This document shows, piece by piece, positions 21,274 to 31,758 of a stretch of 64,000 bases of DNA (position 1 is the stretch's first letter; each line of letters begins with the position of its first letter). A program made the position numbers and the translations under genes. The notes beneath the pieces were generated by a model that searched no databases, was not told the DNA's origin, and worked only from the letters and a program-made list of their open reading frames with translations. The stretch is from an uncultured Gemmatimonadales bacterium. GTDB taxonomy: Bacteria; Gemmatimonadota; Gemmatimonadetes; Gemmatimonadales; GWC2-71-9. The stretch is taken from contig CAWGED010000019.1 in the NCBI GenBank assembly GCA_963821525.1, positions 32,001-96,000 of the forward strand, given 5' to 3'.

Positions 21274-21869
21274 TACTGGGGTGGCACCAGTGATTCGCCT
21301 CCGGCCGTCACCTCGAACTCATCGCGGCGATTCTTGGCCCAGGCGCCCTCATCGTGACCGGGATCGAGCGGACGCTCTTCCCCAAACGAAATGACTTCAA
21401 CGCGACCGGCATCTATGCCCTTATTCACCAGCTGGCGCTTGGCCGCGCCGGCGCGGCGGTTGCCCAGCGCCAGGTTGTATTCATCCGATCCGCGCTCGTC
21501 CGCATGGCCGCTTACCCGGAGCCGGACGCCTGGATTGGCCTGCATGATGGCGGCCTTGCGGTCCAGGTTGGAGACATCGTCCGACAGAATATCGGCCTTG
21601 TCGAAATCGAAGTGGATCATGGCCACCAGCTGCTGTAACGCCGTCGCGCGATCCGCTGCCGCCTTCTCGGCCGCTTCGCGGGCGAGACGGTCGCGTTCGG
21701 CTTGCTCACGGGCCGCCTTTGCCGCGGCATCCTCGGACGGAGGTGTCGGAGCGGGCTGGTTAGCCGTCGGCGTCGGCTGGGGAGCCGGAGCTTCGGGTTC
21801 GGCCTTCTTCCCGCATGCGATCAGGCCCACAGCTGCGACGATCGTGAGGAGGCGGAACTGGAGATGCAT
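21273..21869 (-). CDS. pal: Peptidoglycan-associated lipoprotein Pal
   Basis: Lipobox LIAC, IHFDFDK, GHADERGSDEYNLALGNRRA, SFGEERP, KNRR. Confidence 0.95.
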   Translation of the reverse strand: MHLQFRLLTIVAAVGLIACGKKAEPEAPAPQPTPTANQPAPTPPSEDAAAKAAREQAERDRLAREAAEKAAADRATALQQLVAMIHFDFDKADILSDDVSNLDRKAAIMQANPGVRLRVSGHADERGSDEYNLALGNRRAGAAKRQLVNKGIDAGRVEVISFGEERPLDPGHDEGAWAKNRRDEFEVTAGGESLVPPQ

Positions 21870-21907
21870 GATGACTCCGTAATTCAGGGGTGAGGTCGGT
21901 CGAGATC

Positions 21908-23191
21908 TCAGAATCGGCGTGACCACGTCGGGAGCCGCACTCCACCGGTGAACGTAAGCTGACGGACGCGCCCGGTAATGATGTCGATCACCCAAAGCTG
22001 CCGGGTCCCGCTACGATCGGACACGAACGCGACGTGCTTCCCGTCCGGGGCCCAAGTTGGGTCTTCGTTACGACCGGAAGATGTGAGCTGTCGCACCTTC
22101 CTGCCGGCTACGTCGAGAACGAAAATTTGCGGCGAGCGGTCCACGTCCCGATGGAACACTACACTGGCCCCATCCGGCGACCATTCCGGGGCATTGGAAC
22201 TGCCGGTAACGCCATAGTCAAACGGCGCCAGCAATTCCTGGTCGGTGCCGTCCGCGCCCATGACGTAAATCTGTGGCAGGCCTGCCCTTGTCGAGACGAA
22301 AGCCATCCGCCGTCCATCCGGCGCATAGCTGGGTGAAAGGTTATCGGAGTAGCGTCCGACGGTCAAGCGTTGTAAGCAGCATCCGGTGGCGACTTCCGCG
22401 GTGTAAATATCGGTCCCTTCTTCCGTCGCGCGCGCGAAGGCCAGGGTCCGGCCATCGGGGGAGAAGGCTGAGGTAAAGTTGAGCGCTTTGGTGGTCGGCG
22501 CGAGCACAGTCCGCTGCCCGGTGGCGACGTCGATCAAAATGATAGTACCCTGCCCCGCCACGAACTTGGTGTAGGCGATCTTCTTTCCGTCGGGACTCCA
22601 GGCAGGAGAAAGCACCTCGTCGCCATCGGGAGTGATGACGGTCATGTTCGCTCCGTCGCTGTCCACCCGATACGCCCGCTTGTTGGCGAGGAATACCACC
22701 TGAGACGCCGCGTAGCCAGGCGTGCCGATGGCGGAGCGGACGACCTCATCAGCGATGCGATGCACCGTCATCCGGAAATTGGGATCGCCCGGCGGGGGCA
22801 GGTTCACCCGCTGCTCCTTCCGCATCGTGCCCGTCTTCATGTCATGGAGCCGAAACGCCGTGGCCCCGGCCACATCGGCGAGCTCCACCCCGAAGTCCGC
22901 CCCCAACGATCGCAGCAGGACGTAGTTGACGGTGGTCGACGCACCCTCCGATCCGATGGGGATGATCTCGAAGCGGTCGCTGTAGTCGAGGTCGCGAAGA
23001 AGAATGTTTCGCGCGGAGTCGCGGCCTATGGCCGGCAGGACGACGATCGAGGGCCGTTCTCCCGGACGATATTCGATGCCGACCCGCACTCCTTCCTGGG
23101 CCTGCGTCGTGTCCTGGGCAAGGAGGCGACCGGAAACGCTCAGCGCAGCGGTCGTAAACAGTCCAATCAAGGCAGCACGGAAACGGATCAT
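21908..23191 (-). CDS. tolB: TolB beta-propeller protein
   Basis: Signal peptide, HRIADE, repeated PD40 motifs (SPAWSPDG, PEWSPDG, PTWAPDG). Confidence 0.92.
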   Translation of the reverse strand: MIRFRAALIGLFTTAALSVSGRLLAQDTTQAQEGVRVGIEYRPGERPSIVVLPAIGRDSARNILLRDLDYSDRFEIIPIGSEGASTTVNYVLLRSLGADFGVELADVAGATAFRLHDMKTGTMRKEQRVNLPPPGDPNFRMTVHRIADEVVRSAIGTPGYAASQVVFLANKRAYRVDSDGANMTVITPDGDEVLSPAWSPDGKKIAYTKFVAGQGTIILIDVATGQRTVLAPTTKALNFTSAFSPDGRTLAFARATEEGTDIYTAEVATGCCLQRLTVGRYSDNLSPSYAPDGRRMAFVSTRAGLPQIYVMGADGTDQELLAPFDYGVTGSSNAPEWSPDGASVVFHRDVDRSPQIFVLDVAGRKVRQLTSSGRNEDPTWAPDGKHVAFVSDRSGTRQLWVIDIITGRVRQLTFTGGVRLPTWSRRF

Positions 23192-23880
23192 TGAGGACGT
23201 GGCGTGAAGTAGAAGGAAACGGGCAGGACGTCGGCCTCATACCCGTCGGGAAGCGGCCCGAAGGCCTTGGCGGCTCCCGCTGCTTCGATGGCGCCCTGAG
23301 CGGCGATATCGAACGAGAAATTTCCGGACCCATTCGTGACCCTGATCTCCCGCACCGTGCCGTCCCTCAGAATGAGGAAGCTCACTTCGGCCTTGAGCGA
23401 GGAGCCCATGGGACGGTCCCACCGCCGGTAGACCTCCTGCACGATGTTCCGGAGGTACTCCGGGAACGCAAAGGCCAGGCCCGGCGTGCTTACGGTCACG
23501 GCGTCCGATCCGGTGCTGGGCTTTTCACCGGGCAGCGGGGCCTGCTGTGCCGTGGTTCGGGGATTGGGCTCGGTCTTCTGCTCGGTCTCCGCGGGCTTGG
23601 GCGGAGGCGTCGGAGCCGTCTTCGGCAGCGGTTTGGGCGCCGGCTTGGTCGGTGCAGGAGGTTCTGCAGGCGGCCGCGTCACGGTTTCCGGAGCGGGTTT
23701 CTGCTCTGGTTTGGGTGCTGGTGCCGCGACCAGCTCCACCGCATAGGACGGCGGTGATGGAGGAGGCGGCTGGACTGCGACCCACAGAAAAGCCACCACG
23801 CCGGCGTGAACCGCCACGGTTCCGAAGAGACCGGCTCCAACACCTCCGGTCGGTTGACGGATCGCCGCGGCGTATCTCAC
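23188..23880 (-). CDS. tolA: TolA/TonB-like energy transducer
   Basis: Single TM helix with conserved His (VAVHAG), Pro-rich linker, C-terminal SGNFSFDIAAQGAI domain; position in tol operon. Confidence 0.8.
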   Translation of the reverse strand: MRYAAAIRQPTGGVGAGLFGTVAVHAGVVAFLWVAVQPPPPSPPSYAVELVAAPAPKPEQKPAPETVTRPPAEPPAPTKPAPKPLPKTAPTPPPKPAETEQKTEPNPRTTAQQAPLPGEKPSTGSDAVTVSTPGLAFAFPEYLRNIVQEVYRRWDRPMGSSLKAEVSFLILRDGTVREIRVTNGSGNFSFDIAAQGAIEAAGAAKAFGPLPDGYEADVLPVSFYFTPRPQ

Positions 23881-24308
23881 GGCGCAGTTTCGTCCTGGGC
23901 GACGAGGCCCACGTCGCGCACTCCCGAGGTGCGGATCACGGCGAGGACGCGGACCACGTCCCCGTAGGGCACTCGGGAATCGGCCCGCACGTAGACCGAG
24001 GCCGGCTTGCGCGCCGTAACCAGCGACTTGAAGGTGATGCGAAAATCGTTGTAGGAAACCTGGGTCTGATCGATGAAGATCCGGCCCTGGCGATCCACCG
24101 AAACCACCATGCCTTCGCGGGCGGTGATCGGCCGCGCTTCGGCGCGGGGCAACTGAACGTCCACCCCGCCCTGCATGATAGGTGCTGCGATCATGAAGAT
24201 GATCAGCAGCACGAAGGCAACGTCCACCAGGGATGTGACGTTGATATCCGCGTTCAGCGGCAGCTCGCCGTGACCACGCAGCCCGCCGCGTCCCAGTCCG
24301 GTCAACAT
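23877..24308 (-). CDS. tolR: TolR/ExbD
   Basis: INVTSLVDVAFVLLIIFMI, RADSRVPYGDVV. Confidence 0.9.
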   Translation of the reverse strand: MLTGLGRGGLRGHGELPLNADINVTSLVDVAFVLLIIFMIAAPIMQGGVDVQLPRAEARPITAREGMVVSVDRQGRIFIDQTQVSYNDFRITFKSLVTARKPASVYVRADSRVPYGDVVRVLAVIRTSGVRDVGLVAQDETAP

Positions 24309-24309
24309 T

Positions 24310-25011
24310 TTACAGCAACCCTTCTCTCGCCATGCTGCCCACGATTTCGTGGGCGAACCCTTCAAGCTCACCGGCGAACAAGCCGATCCGGTTCACATAC
24401 GCATTGTACGCAATCACCGCCGGGATGGCAGCCGCCAGACCCGCCACAGTGGTGACGAGCGCTTCGGCGACGCCGGGCGCCACCGCCGAGAGGTTACCTG
24501 AGCCCTTGGACGCAATGCCGATGAACGCGTCCATGACGCCCAGCACGGTGCCCAGCAGACCGAGCAGTGGGCTCACGGAACCGATGGTGGCCAGCCAGGA
24601 GACGAACCGCGCCATCAGGTCCCGCTCCGCGGCCACCTCCTTCCCCAGGACCATTTTCAGGGCTTCGACCTGAGTGCTCGTCAGGGTGACCCGGCTCGCC
24701 TCGTCCTTGAGCCCACCGGGACGCAACTCGGAATAGAAGTTGAGCGACTCGCGAAACAGGCGGTTATAGGGCGAGGGCGGCAGCTTCATCACGGCATGGT
24801 AGGCATCCGTCAGGCGAGTGGTCCGCTCCAGCTCGGAGAAGAAGCGATCCGCCTGCTTCTTGAGCCGGCGGAACTGCCACCATTTGAGCCCGATGATAAA
24901 CCAGGAGATCAGCGAGAAGGCTGCGGTGATGGCCAGGACAACTTTGGTTTCGACACTGCTGGTGAGGACCAGGTCCCACGCGGAGGAAAGCGACGGTCCG
25001 GTCTGCTGCAT
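24310..25011 (-). CDS. tolQ: TolQ/ExbB proton channel
   Basis: LATIGSVSPLLGLLGTV.G, VAPGVAEALVTTVAGL..AIPA. Confidence 0.93.
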   Translation of the reverse strand: MQQTGPSLSSAWDLVLTSSVETKVVLAITAAFSLISWFIIGLKWWQFRRLKKQADRFFSELERTTRLTDAYHAVMKLPPSPYNRLFRESLNFYSELRPGGLKDEASRVTLTSTQVEALKMVLGKEVAAERDLMARFVSWLATIGSVSPLLGLLGTVLGVMDAFIGIASKGSGNLSAVAPGVAEALVTTVAGLAAAIPAVIAYNAYVNRIGLFAGELEGFAHEIVGSMAREGLL

Positions 25012-25958
25012 CAGGGGGCTCCCTGCTTGAACCAGTTGACGAGTTGTTCGAGGCCGTCCTCGAAACGATGAACGGGCGTCCAGCGAAGTCCGTTACGTGC
25101 CTTGTCGATCACCAGTGAGTTGCGGCGCAATTCTCCCGGCCGCGGCGGGGCGAACTCCAGATCGGGCTTGCGGCCGACGATCTTTCCAACCGCCTCGGCC
25201 AGCTCGAGCACATTGCGTTGAATGCCGGTGGCGATGTTGAAGGCGGTGCTGTCGAGATCGCCTTGGGCCACCTGTGCGGTGGACGCGGCCAGATTCGCTC
25301 GCGCCACGTCCTGCACGAAAACGTAGTCCCGGGTCTGCAGCCCGTCTCCGAATACAGTGAGCGGCTGCCCGGCCAGGAGGCGTGAGGCGAAGATCGAAAT
25401 GACGCCCGCCTCCGACTTGGGGTCCTGACGCGGCCCGAAGACGTTCGCGTAGCGCAACGCCACCCGCTCGAACCCGTTCAGTTCTCCCAGGGTTCGGAGA
25501 TAGTACTCTCCCGACAGCTTGCTCACACCGTAGGGCGAAATCGGAAGCTTGGGGGCGCTTTCCGGCGTCGGGATGGTCTCCGGGTCGCCGTAGACGACAC
25601 CGCCGCTGCTGGCGAAGACCACCCGCTTCACCCCGCCCTCGGCGGCACCTTCAAGCAGGTTGATCAGCCCGACCAGGTTGATGCCGGCATCGTAGGACGG
25701 CTGGCTGACCGAGACTCGCACGTCGATCTGCGCCGCGTGGTGATTCATGACGTCGAAGCCACCCTTCGCGACCGTGGACCGCGCCTCGGGAGACCTGATG
25801 TCGGCCTTCACGAACTTGGCACCCTTGGGAACATTGCTCTGCTTGCCACGAGACAGATCGTCGAGGACTGTCACCTCCCATCCGGCGCGGAGGTGCTCCT
25901 CGGCAATGTGGGACCCGATGAACCCTGCTCCGCCGGTGATCAGTATCCGTCCGCTCAT
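25011..25958 (-). CDS. NAD-dependent epimerase, UDP-glucose 4-epimerase-like
   Basis: GGAGFIGSH, HHAAQIDVR, YGVSK, RYANVFGPRQ. Confidence 0.88.
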   Translation of the reverse strand: MSGRILITGGAGFIGSHIAEEHLRAGWEVTVLDDLSRGKQSNVPKGAKFVKADIRSPEARSTVAKGGFDVMNHHAAQIDVRVSVSQPSYDAGINLVGLINLLEGAAEGGVKRVVFASSGGVVYGDPETIPTPESAPKLPISPYGVSKLSGEYYLRTLGELNGFERVALRYANVFGPRQDPKSEAGVISIFASRLLAGQPLTVFGDGLQTRDYVFVQDVARANLAASTAQVAQGDLDSTAFNIATGIQRNVLELAEAVGKIVGRKPDLEFAPPRPGELRRNSLVIDKARNGLRWTPVHRFEDGLEQLVNWFKQGAP

Positions 25959-26013
25959 GCAGCTCCCTTTCCCCCGTTGGACTCCAGCTTGACTGGCGCA
26001 GAAACATAATGAC

Positions 26014-26043
26014 GACGAGGGGCGCCCGAGAGCGCCCCTCGTC
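26014..26043 (-). terminator. Hairpin after the LysM gene
   Basis: 12-bp perfect stem GACGAGGGGCGC-CCGAGA-GCGCCCCTCGTC. Confidence 0.65.
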
Positions 26044-26070
26044 AAGACTTGCGATCACCGGACCGGCCGA

Positions 26071-27284
26071 TCAGGACGGAAGCTTGGCGACCTGATGGAC
26101 TCCGGCGCCGGGCCGGATGTTGGGCTGGATGAGTTTCGCGATGCGGACGCTAGACGATTGCTCGCCGACGTGCACCACCTGCACCAGGGCCATGACCTCG
26201 TCGAGCGTTTCGGCCTCGCCCTGCGGAGCCTCGACATATCGCTTCGAAGAGCGGACTTCGAAAATGTCTCCGAGGTTTACCCCGTCCTTGCGGCCGCGAT
26301 CAATGAAGAGCACGTCGAGCGGACCCTTCAGCTGCTGCAGGTCCCGGCTCTGGATGACATGCCCCTGGACTCCATCCGAAATCGGCACGCTGCGGACGCT
26401 GCCCGGGTCCGGGAACTTCTCGGCCGGAAGGAGGAACTGATTGTTCAGAATCTGGGCGTACTGCTGAACCACGACTCCGACGTCCTCTGCCCCGCTCACA
26501 TCGGTGACCCGGACCAGACCGGTGGGCACGAGCACCAGGCCCCAGTCATTGATCTCGCGGTCGATGCGGACGATGAGGAGAGTATCGCCGACTTCATACT
26601 TCGCCCCTTCCGGCGGCCGGATCCCGACCTCGGAATAGATCCGCGCCCCTTTATGAGGAGACGAGGTGCTGATCTGCTGGGGAGTAACCGAGCCCAGCAG
26701 CTGACCGAAGGGAAGTTTCTGTTCCTCTGAGAGGAAACCGGAGCTATAGAACTCGTCCTCCCGAATGGGTCGGTAGAGCCGGCTGATTCCGCCTTCGATA
26801 CCGTTCTCCACTGTCCCGCTGCTGGTGGCCGAACAACGCGCTCAGGTCGTCGGCGTCACGCTCCGGCTGAGTGTCCTGCAGCTCGCCAACCTGAGCCTCG
26901 GCGAGGCCAGGCTCGGCCATGTTGGAATCCGCCGGAGCCCCCGCCATACCGGAATCGGGGGCCTGCCTCAGCCGACACCGGCGCGCCAGGTTCGGGCGGA
27001 ACCGGCGTATCCTCGGAAGGCACGGCGGCCACATCAGGCCCGCCTTGCAGTCTCAGGACCTCACCGGGGTAGATCCAGTGCGGATCTTCCACCACGTTGG
27101 TATTGAGCCGGTAGATCTCAGGCCAGAGGAAGGGATCGCCGAAATACTGGCGGGACAGGTCCCAAAGAGTGTCGCCCGGCCGGACCTCGTGAGAGTCGGG
27201 TCGGGGGGTCTGGGCCAGCACCGCGCTCGGCAGGGCCAGAGCGGCGACGACGGCGAAGAGGCGACTTGGGCTTGAGCCAGTCAT
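26071..27284 (-). CDS. Secreted LysM peptidoglycan-binding protein, TsaP-like (frameshifted near 26800-26970)
   Basis: Signal peptide (VLA-Q), Lys[14 protein letters not shown]...[14 protein letters not shown], acidic linker, C-terminal beta domain ([13 protein letters not shown]). Confidence 0.75.
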
Positions 27285-27333
27285 TTCACAACCCTCGCTT
27301 GATGTTCGTGGGGGCAAGCCAATATAGGCCAAC

Positions 27334-27349
27334 TGCATCCAGCGCGCCA
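27334..27349 (-). promoter_or_regulatory. Putative sigma54 (-24/-12) promoter
   Basis: Minus strand TGGCGCGCTGGATGCA with GG-N10-GC spacing, 50 bp upstream of the LysM start. Confidence 0.6.
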
Positions 27350-27377
27350 CCTAGAGATCACACGAGGACAGTAACCG

Positions 27378-27402
27378 TAAAACGTTGGAGTTTAACCAGT
27401 TA
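27378..27402. promoter_or_regulatory. AT-rich dyad, IHF-like binding site
   Basis: TAAAACGTTGGAGTTTAACCAGTTA; same TAA-N19-TTA span as the 16768-16792 site. Confidence 0.45.
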
Positions 27403-27495
27403 ACCAACATCAGCGAAAACCGGGGAACGCCGTTTGGCGGGATCGGATCCTTGGCAGCATGCCTTGATCCGCGTGCTTTAAGCGAGGGTCGGAGC

Positions 27496-27524
27496 CACCC
27501 GCCGGCGGACCGCACCGGCGGGTG
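27496..27524 (-). terminator. Hairpin after ssb
   Basis: CACCCGCCGG (27496-27505) pairs with CCGGCGGGTG (27515-27524). Confidence 0.55.
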
Positions 27525-27532
27525 TCCGGGCC

Positions 27533-28024
27533 TCAGAATGGCAGGTCGTCGTCCTCGGCGTCCAGGGCTTCGGGGAAGTCTTCGAAGCCTTCCTTGCCCT
27601 CCTTCTTGGGACCGGCCGCCGCGGCGGTGGCTCCCACCCGAGCCGGTGCCGACTCGGCCCCTGCTCCACCCTGTCGCCCCCCCAAGAGGATGATGTCCGA
27701 AGCCACGATTTCGGTGGTGTAGCGGGTCTGGCCTTCCCGATCCTGCCAGGAGCGATATTCGATCCGGCCTTCGACGTAGACCTTATCTCCCTTCTTGCAG
27801 AACTTTTCGGCGATATCGGCCAGGCCGGTACCCCGACTGTTGTTCCACAAGATGACCTTGTGCCACTCGGTCTTTTCCTGCTTGTCTCCTCCCTGACCAT
27901 TCCACTGGCGGCTGGTGGCTACCGACAGCGTCGCGACGCGGGTCCCGTTATTGGTGCTGCGCACCTCGGGGTCAGCGCCGAGGTTTCCGATCAGAATCAC
28001 TTTGTTCAGGCTGCGGCTGCTCAC
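27533..28024 (-). CDS. ssb: Single-stranded DNA-binding protein
   Basis: SLNKVILIGNLGADPE, KTEWH, C-terminal DDDLPF; GGAGG RBS before GTG 28024. Confidence 0.96.
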   Translation of the reverse strand: MSSRSLNKVILIGNLGADPEVRSTNNGTRVATLSVATSRQWNGQGGDKQEKTEWHKVILWNNSRGTGLADIAEKFCKKGDKVYVEGRIEYRSWQDREGQTRYTTEIVASDIILLGGRQGGAGAESAPARVGATAAAAGPKKEGKEGFEDFPEALDAEDDDLPF

Positions 28025-28131
28025 AGGAACCTCCACACTCAGGCGTGACGGGGAAGGATTGGCGGACGCCTCGACGCTAGCGGCAGGGCGGTCCTCCACA
28101 CTAACCAGAATCTACATCGGCGGTGGCACAT

Positions 28132-28590
28132 TCACGCAGAGGTGGGGAGCGGCAAGTGCAGAACCAGCGCGTCCTCCACCGGCTGCCGGTAATACCGCTG
28201 TCTGGCCCCGACGACCCGGAACCCGCTAGCCAAGTACATGGCCCGGGCGCCGGCATTCGACTCCCTGACCTCGAGAAAGACTTCCCGCCCTCCACGAAGT
28301 TGGAGTTCGCGGAGGCCCGCTTCAAGGAGTATCCTGCCCACCCCCCGGCGGCGATGGTCGGGATCTACCGCGAGGTTCAGCACTTCAGCCTCACCTGCCA
28401 CCAGGCGAGCCAGAAAGTATCCCTGAAGGTCCTTGCCCATAGCGGCCACAAGCCCGAAGCAGACCGGCGTGGACAGGACCTCACGAAATCCCTCGGCGCT
28501 CCACGGATCGCTGAAACAGCGACGCTCGAGGATGCTGAGGGTGGTCGAGTCAGCCGGAGACGCTGGCCGGATTCGGTAGCGGTCGTCCAT
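28132..28590 (-). CDS. rimI: Ribosomal protein alanine N-acetyltransferase
   Basis: DPWS, NLAVDPDHRRRGVG, LEVRESN..A..Y...GF, RYY. Confidence 0.9.
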   Translation of the reverse strand: MDDRYRIRPASPADSTTLSILERRCFSDPWSAEGFREVLSTPVCFGLVAAMGKDLQGYFLARLVAGEAEVLNLAVDPDHRRRGVGRILLEAGLRELQLRGGREVFLEVRESNAGARAMYLASGFRVVGARQRYYRQPVEDALVLHLPLPTSA

Positions 28591-29227
28591 GGGTGCGTTC
28601 CCACTGCACCTGCGCCTCGGCGGGCCGGCCGTAGTCCGGCTCCCACCGTCGGGGGTCGCTAATCCGGCGGACTCCCCCTGATAAACCGATCAAGCGAAGC
28701 AACGTGGCAGCAGATGGCCAGACTGGAACTCCGTCCATCCGATCCGCGGCGGGGCCGGTTATCACCTCTGGTACCAGTCCGGAGGCGTTGAGATCGTCGG
28801 GCCGGTGGACCGAGGGTGCAAGGACTGTATCCACCCGGCTCGAGGTCACCCGGTAGGCGGCGGCAAAGACCTCACCTCGCAAGGCATCGCCAATAGCAAG
28901 CACAAGGCGACCGTCGTGCCCTGCCGCTGCGGCTGAGGAGAGCAGCGATGGGGTACTCCAGAGCGCGATCGGCTGGCTTTCCACCAGCCCCTTGGCGACG
29001 GCAGCACCGACCCTGAGCCCGGTGAAGCTGCCGGGTCCATCGGCAAGCACAATCGCTTCAATCTCGAGAAGACGAGCCCCCGCGCGGCGCAGGGTTTCAA
29101 GAATCGCGGGGAGGAGCTGCGACGCGTGACGCCGCGCGCCGGAGATTTCCTCCTCGGCAAGAACGGATCCGGGAAGACCGAGCGCAACGGAGGCACGATC
29201 GGTGGCCGTATCAATCGCCAGCCACAT
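28550..29227 (-). CDS. tsaB: tRNA t6A biosynthesis protein TsaB
   Basis: LAIDTAT, GPGSFTGLRVG, EPDYGR. Confidence 0.92.
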   Translation of the reverse strand: MWLAIDTATDRASVALGLPGSVLAEEEISGARRHASQLLPAILETLRRAGARLLEIEAIVLADGPGSFTGLRVGAAVAKGLVESQPIALWSTPSLLSSAAAAGHDGRLVLAIGDALRGEVFAAAYRVTSSRVDTVLAPSVHRPDDLNASGLVPEVITGPAADRMDGVPVWPSAATLLRLIGLSGGVRRISDPRRWEPDYGRPAEAQVQWERTHGRPLPNPASVSG

Positions 29228-29634
29228 CAGAGGCGCTCCAGACCGCGGCGCGCCGCGTCGGCGAGATGGTGGAGACGGAATCGGATGGTTGGAGTCGGCA
29301 CCCAGCCCGCGGCTTTCTCGGGCCACTCGACCAGAATGGCGTCGCCATCGGCGACGAGTCCCTGCCAGTCGAGATCCCGCGCTTCCTCCGAACTCCGGAG
29401 CCGATAGCAGTCGAGATGGTAGACGGGGCCGCGACGTCCCTCGTAGCGGTGCACGAGCGCATACGAGGGGCTGGTGGCGGGAAGGGTGACGCCGAGGCCG
29501 CGTGCGATGGCGCGAATGAAGGTGGTCTTGCCCGCGCCGAGGTCTCCCTCAAACGAGAGCACCGCTCCTGATGGAAGACTGCGGCCCAGCGCCTCACCCT
29601 CGGCGTCGAGGTCTGACTCGGACAGCTCCCGCAT
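29227..29634 (-). CDS. tsaE: tRNA t6A biosynthesis ATPase TsaE
   Basis: [28 protein letters not shown]. Confidence 0.94.
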   Translation of the reverse strand: MRELSESDLDAEGEALGRSLPSGAVLSFEGDLGAGKTTFIRAIARGLGVTLPATSPSYALVHRYEGRRGPVYHLDCYRLRSSEEARDLDWQGLVADGDAILVEWPEKAAGWVPTPTIRFRLHHLADAARRGLERL

Positions 29635-31718
29635 CAGGCGCGGCGGCGGCGGGCGGCGGCACCGGGCCTCCGCATCCGCGGCGCGGACTGTCCGGAGAAG
29701 CCGGTGCGCTGGACATCGGGGGCGTCGACCGCGCGCAGGTCGTTGAGCTGATCGCGAAGGACCGCGGCGATTTCAAACTCGAGGTTCGCGGCCGCTTCCT
29801 TCATCTGTCGCTCGAGCGCCGCGATGGCCTGGGCGCGCTTGGCCGGATCGTGGAGGTCGGCAACGGCGAGACTCTCGGTTCGGGGCGGTGGCTTCTCGGT
29901 ACGCGCGTCCGCCACCCGAGTCGTGAGCCGGACCTGTTCCATGGACTTCACGATCGAGCGCGGGGTGATGCCATGAACGCGATTGTGGTCCAGCTGCAGA
30001 CCGCGCCGGCGGCTCATTTCGGCCAGCGCGCGCTGCATGGAGCCGGTCATCCGGTCGGCGTAGAGAATTCCCCGACCATTGATATTGCGGGCGGCACGGC
30101 CGACGGTCTGAATCAGGGCGCGGTCGGAACGGAGAAATCCCTCCTGGTCGGCATCCAGAATGGCGACCAGCGAGACCTCCGGCAGGTCGAGGCCCTCCCG
30201 CAGCAGGTTGATTCCTACCAGGACGTCGAAGTCCCCCAGCCGAAGTCCTCGAAGGATTTCCATCCGCTCGATCGCGTCGATGTCGGAATGGAGATAGCGA
30301 ACCCGGACTCCGGTCTGCTGCAGGTAGTCGGTGAGGTCCTCCGACATCCGCTTGGTCAGAGTGGTGACCAGGACCCGCTCCCGCTGCTCGACCCGCTTTC
30401 GGATTTCGGCCAGAAGGTCGTCCACCTGGCCCTTCACCGGCCGGACTTCCACCTCGGGGTCCACCAATCCAGTGGGCCGAATGATCTGCTCTACTGCCAC
30501 TCCGCCGGAGAGACCCAGCTCGTACTCACCCGGAGTTGCCGAGAGCGAGATCATCTGGGGCACGAGGGTCATGAATTCGTCGAATGTCTGCGGCCGGTTA
30601 TCGAGCGCCGAAGGCAGACGGAAGCCGTACTCGACCAGCGTTTGCTTTCGGGCCCGGTCGCCGTTGTACATGCCGCCGATCTGGGGCAGCGAGACGTGTG
30701 ACTCGTCCACGACGACAAGGAACTCGGGTGGGAAATAGTCCAGGAGGCACGCGGGACGGTCCCCTTCTCTGCGCCCCGTCAGGTGGCGCGAGTAGTTCTC
30801 GATCCCTGCACAGGTCCCGACCTCCAGCATCATCTCGACATCGAAGGTCGTACGGGATTCAAGCCGCTGCGCTTCGAGCAGCTTTCCGGCTCCTCGGAGC
30901 ACCGCCAATCGCTCCGAAAGCTCCGCACGAATCGCCTTCACCGCCCGTTCGATGGTTGCGCGCTCGGTGACGAAGTGAGTCGCCGGGTAGACGGCGCAGC
31001 GGTCCAGAGTCGTGAGAGGCTCGCCGGTGATAGGGTGGACCTTGGTGATCCGTTCGATCACGTCTCCCCAGAACTCGACTCGGAGGGCCTGCTCGGAATA
31101 GGCCGGGAAGATCTCGACCGTGTCTCCCCGGACCCGGAAGGTTCCCTGCTCGAAGGAGACATCGTTCCGCTGGTACTGGATCCGAACCAGGTCGGCGAGG
31201 AGGCCGTCCCGTCCCATCGCCTCCCCCACCTTGGCGCTCATCATGAGTTTGCGATACTCGATCGGATCGCCTAGGCCGTAGATAGCACTCACCGTGGCAA
31301 CGATCACGACGTCGTCCCGCTCCATCAGGCTGGATGTCGCCCGGAGCCGCAGGCTCTCGAGATCCGCGTTGATCGAAGCGTCCTTCTCGATGTAAACGTC
31401 GGTCTGGGGGACGTATGCCTCGGGCTGGTAGTAGTCGTAGTAGGAGACGAAGTACTCCACCGCATTGCCAGGCAGGAACTGGCGGAGTTCCCCATACAGC
31501 TGCGCCGCCAGGGTCTTGTTATGAGAGAGGACCAGAGTAGGACGGCCGTAGTTCGCGAGGACGTGAGCCAGCGTCATCGTCTTGCCCGACCCCGTGACGC
31601 CGAGCAGAGTCTGATACCGGTCTCCCCGGTGCAGACCCTCGCTCAGGCTCTCGATGGCTTTCGGCTGATCTCCCGCCGGCTCGAAGGGAGCCACGACCTT
31701 GAAGGAGGGACTCGGCAT
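29634..31718 (-). CDS. uvrB: Excinuclease ABC subunit B
   Basis: [49 protein letters not shown]-terminal UVR domain. Confidence 0.98.
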   Translation of the reverse strand: MPSPSFKVVAPFEPAGDQPKAIESLSEGLHRGDRYQTLLGVTGSGKTMTLAHVLANYGRPTLVLSHNKTLAAQLYGELRQFLPGNAVEYFVSYYDYYQPEAYVPQTDVYIEKDASINADLESLRLRATSSLMERDDVVIVATVSAIYGLGDPIEYRKLMMSAKVGEAMGRDGLLADLVRIQYQRNDVSFEQGTFRVRGDTVEIFPAYSEQALRVEFWGDVIERITKVHPITGEPLTTLDRCAVYPATHFVTERATIERAVKAIRAELSERLAVLRGAGKLLEAQRLESRTTFDVEMMLEVGTCAGIENYSRHLTGRREGDRPACLLDYFPPEFLVVVDESHVSLPQIGGMYNGDRARKQTLVEYGFRLPSALDNRPQTFDEFMTLVPQMISLSATPGEYELGLSGGVAVEQIIRPTGLVDPEVEVRPVKGQVDDLLAEIRKRVEQRERVLVTTLTKRMSEDLTDYLQQTGVRVRYLHSDIDAIERMEILRGLRLGDFDVLVGINLLREGLDLPEVSLVAILDADQEGFLRSDRALIQTVGRAARNINGRGILYADRMTGSMQRALAEMSRRRGLQLDHNRVHGITPRSIVKSMEQVRLTTRVADARTEKPPPRTESLAVADLHDPAKRAQAIAALERQMKEAAANLEFEIAAVLRDQLNDLRAVDAPDVQRTGFSGQSAPRMRRPGAAARRRRA

Positions 31719-31758
31719 GGGGAGAAATATACCGTCTTCGGTGGATCTTCGGTACGGG

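Noticed and set aside
27451..27468. Plus-strand sigma54-like TTGGCAGCATGCCTTGA
   Set aside because: Lacks GC at the required GG-N10-GC spacing and points into the 3' end of ssb.
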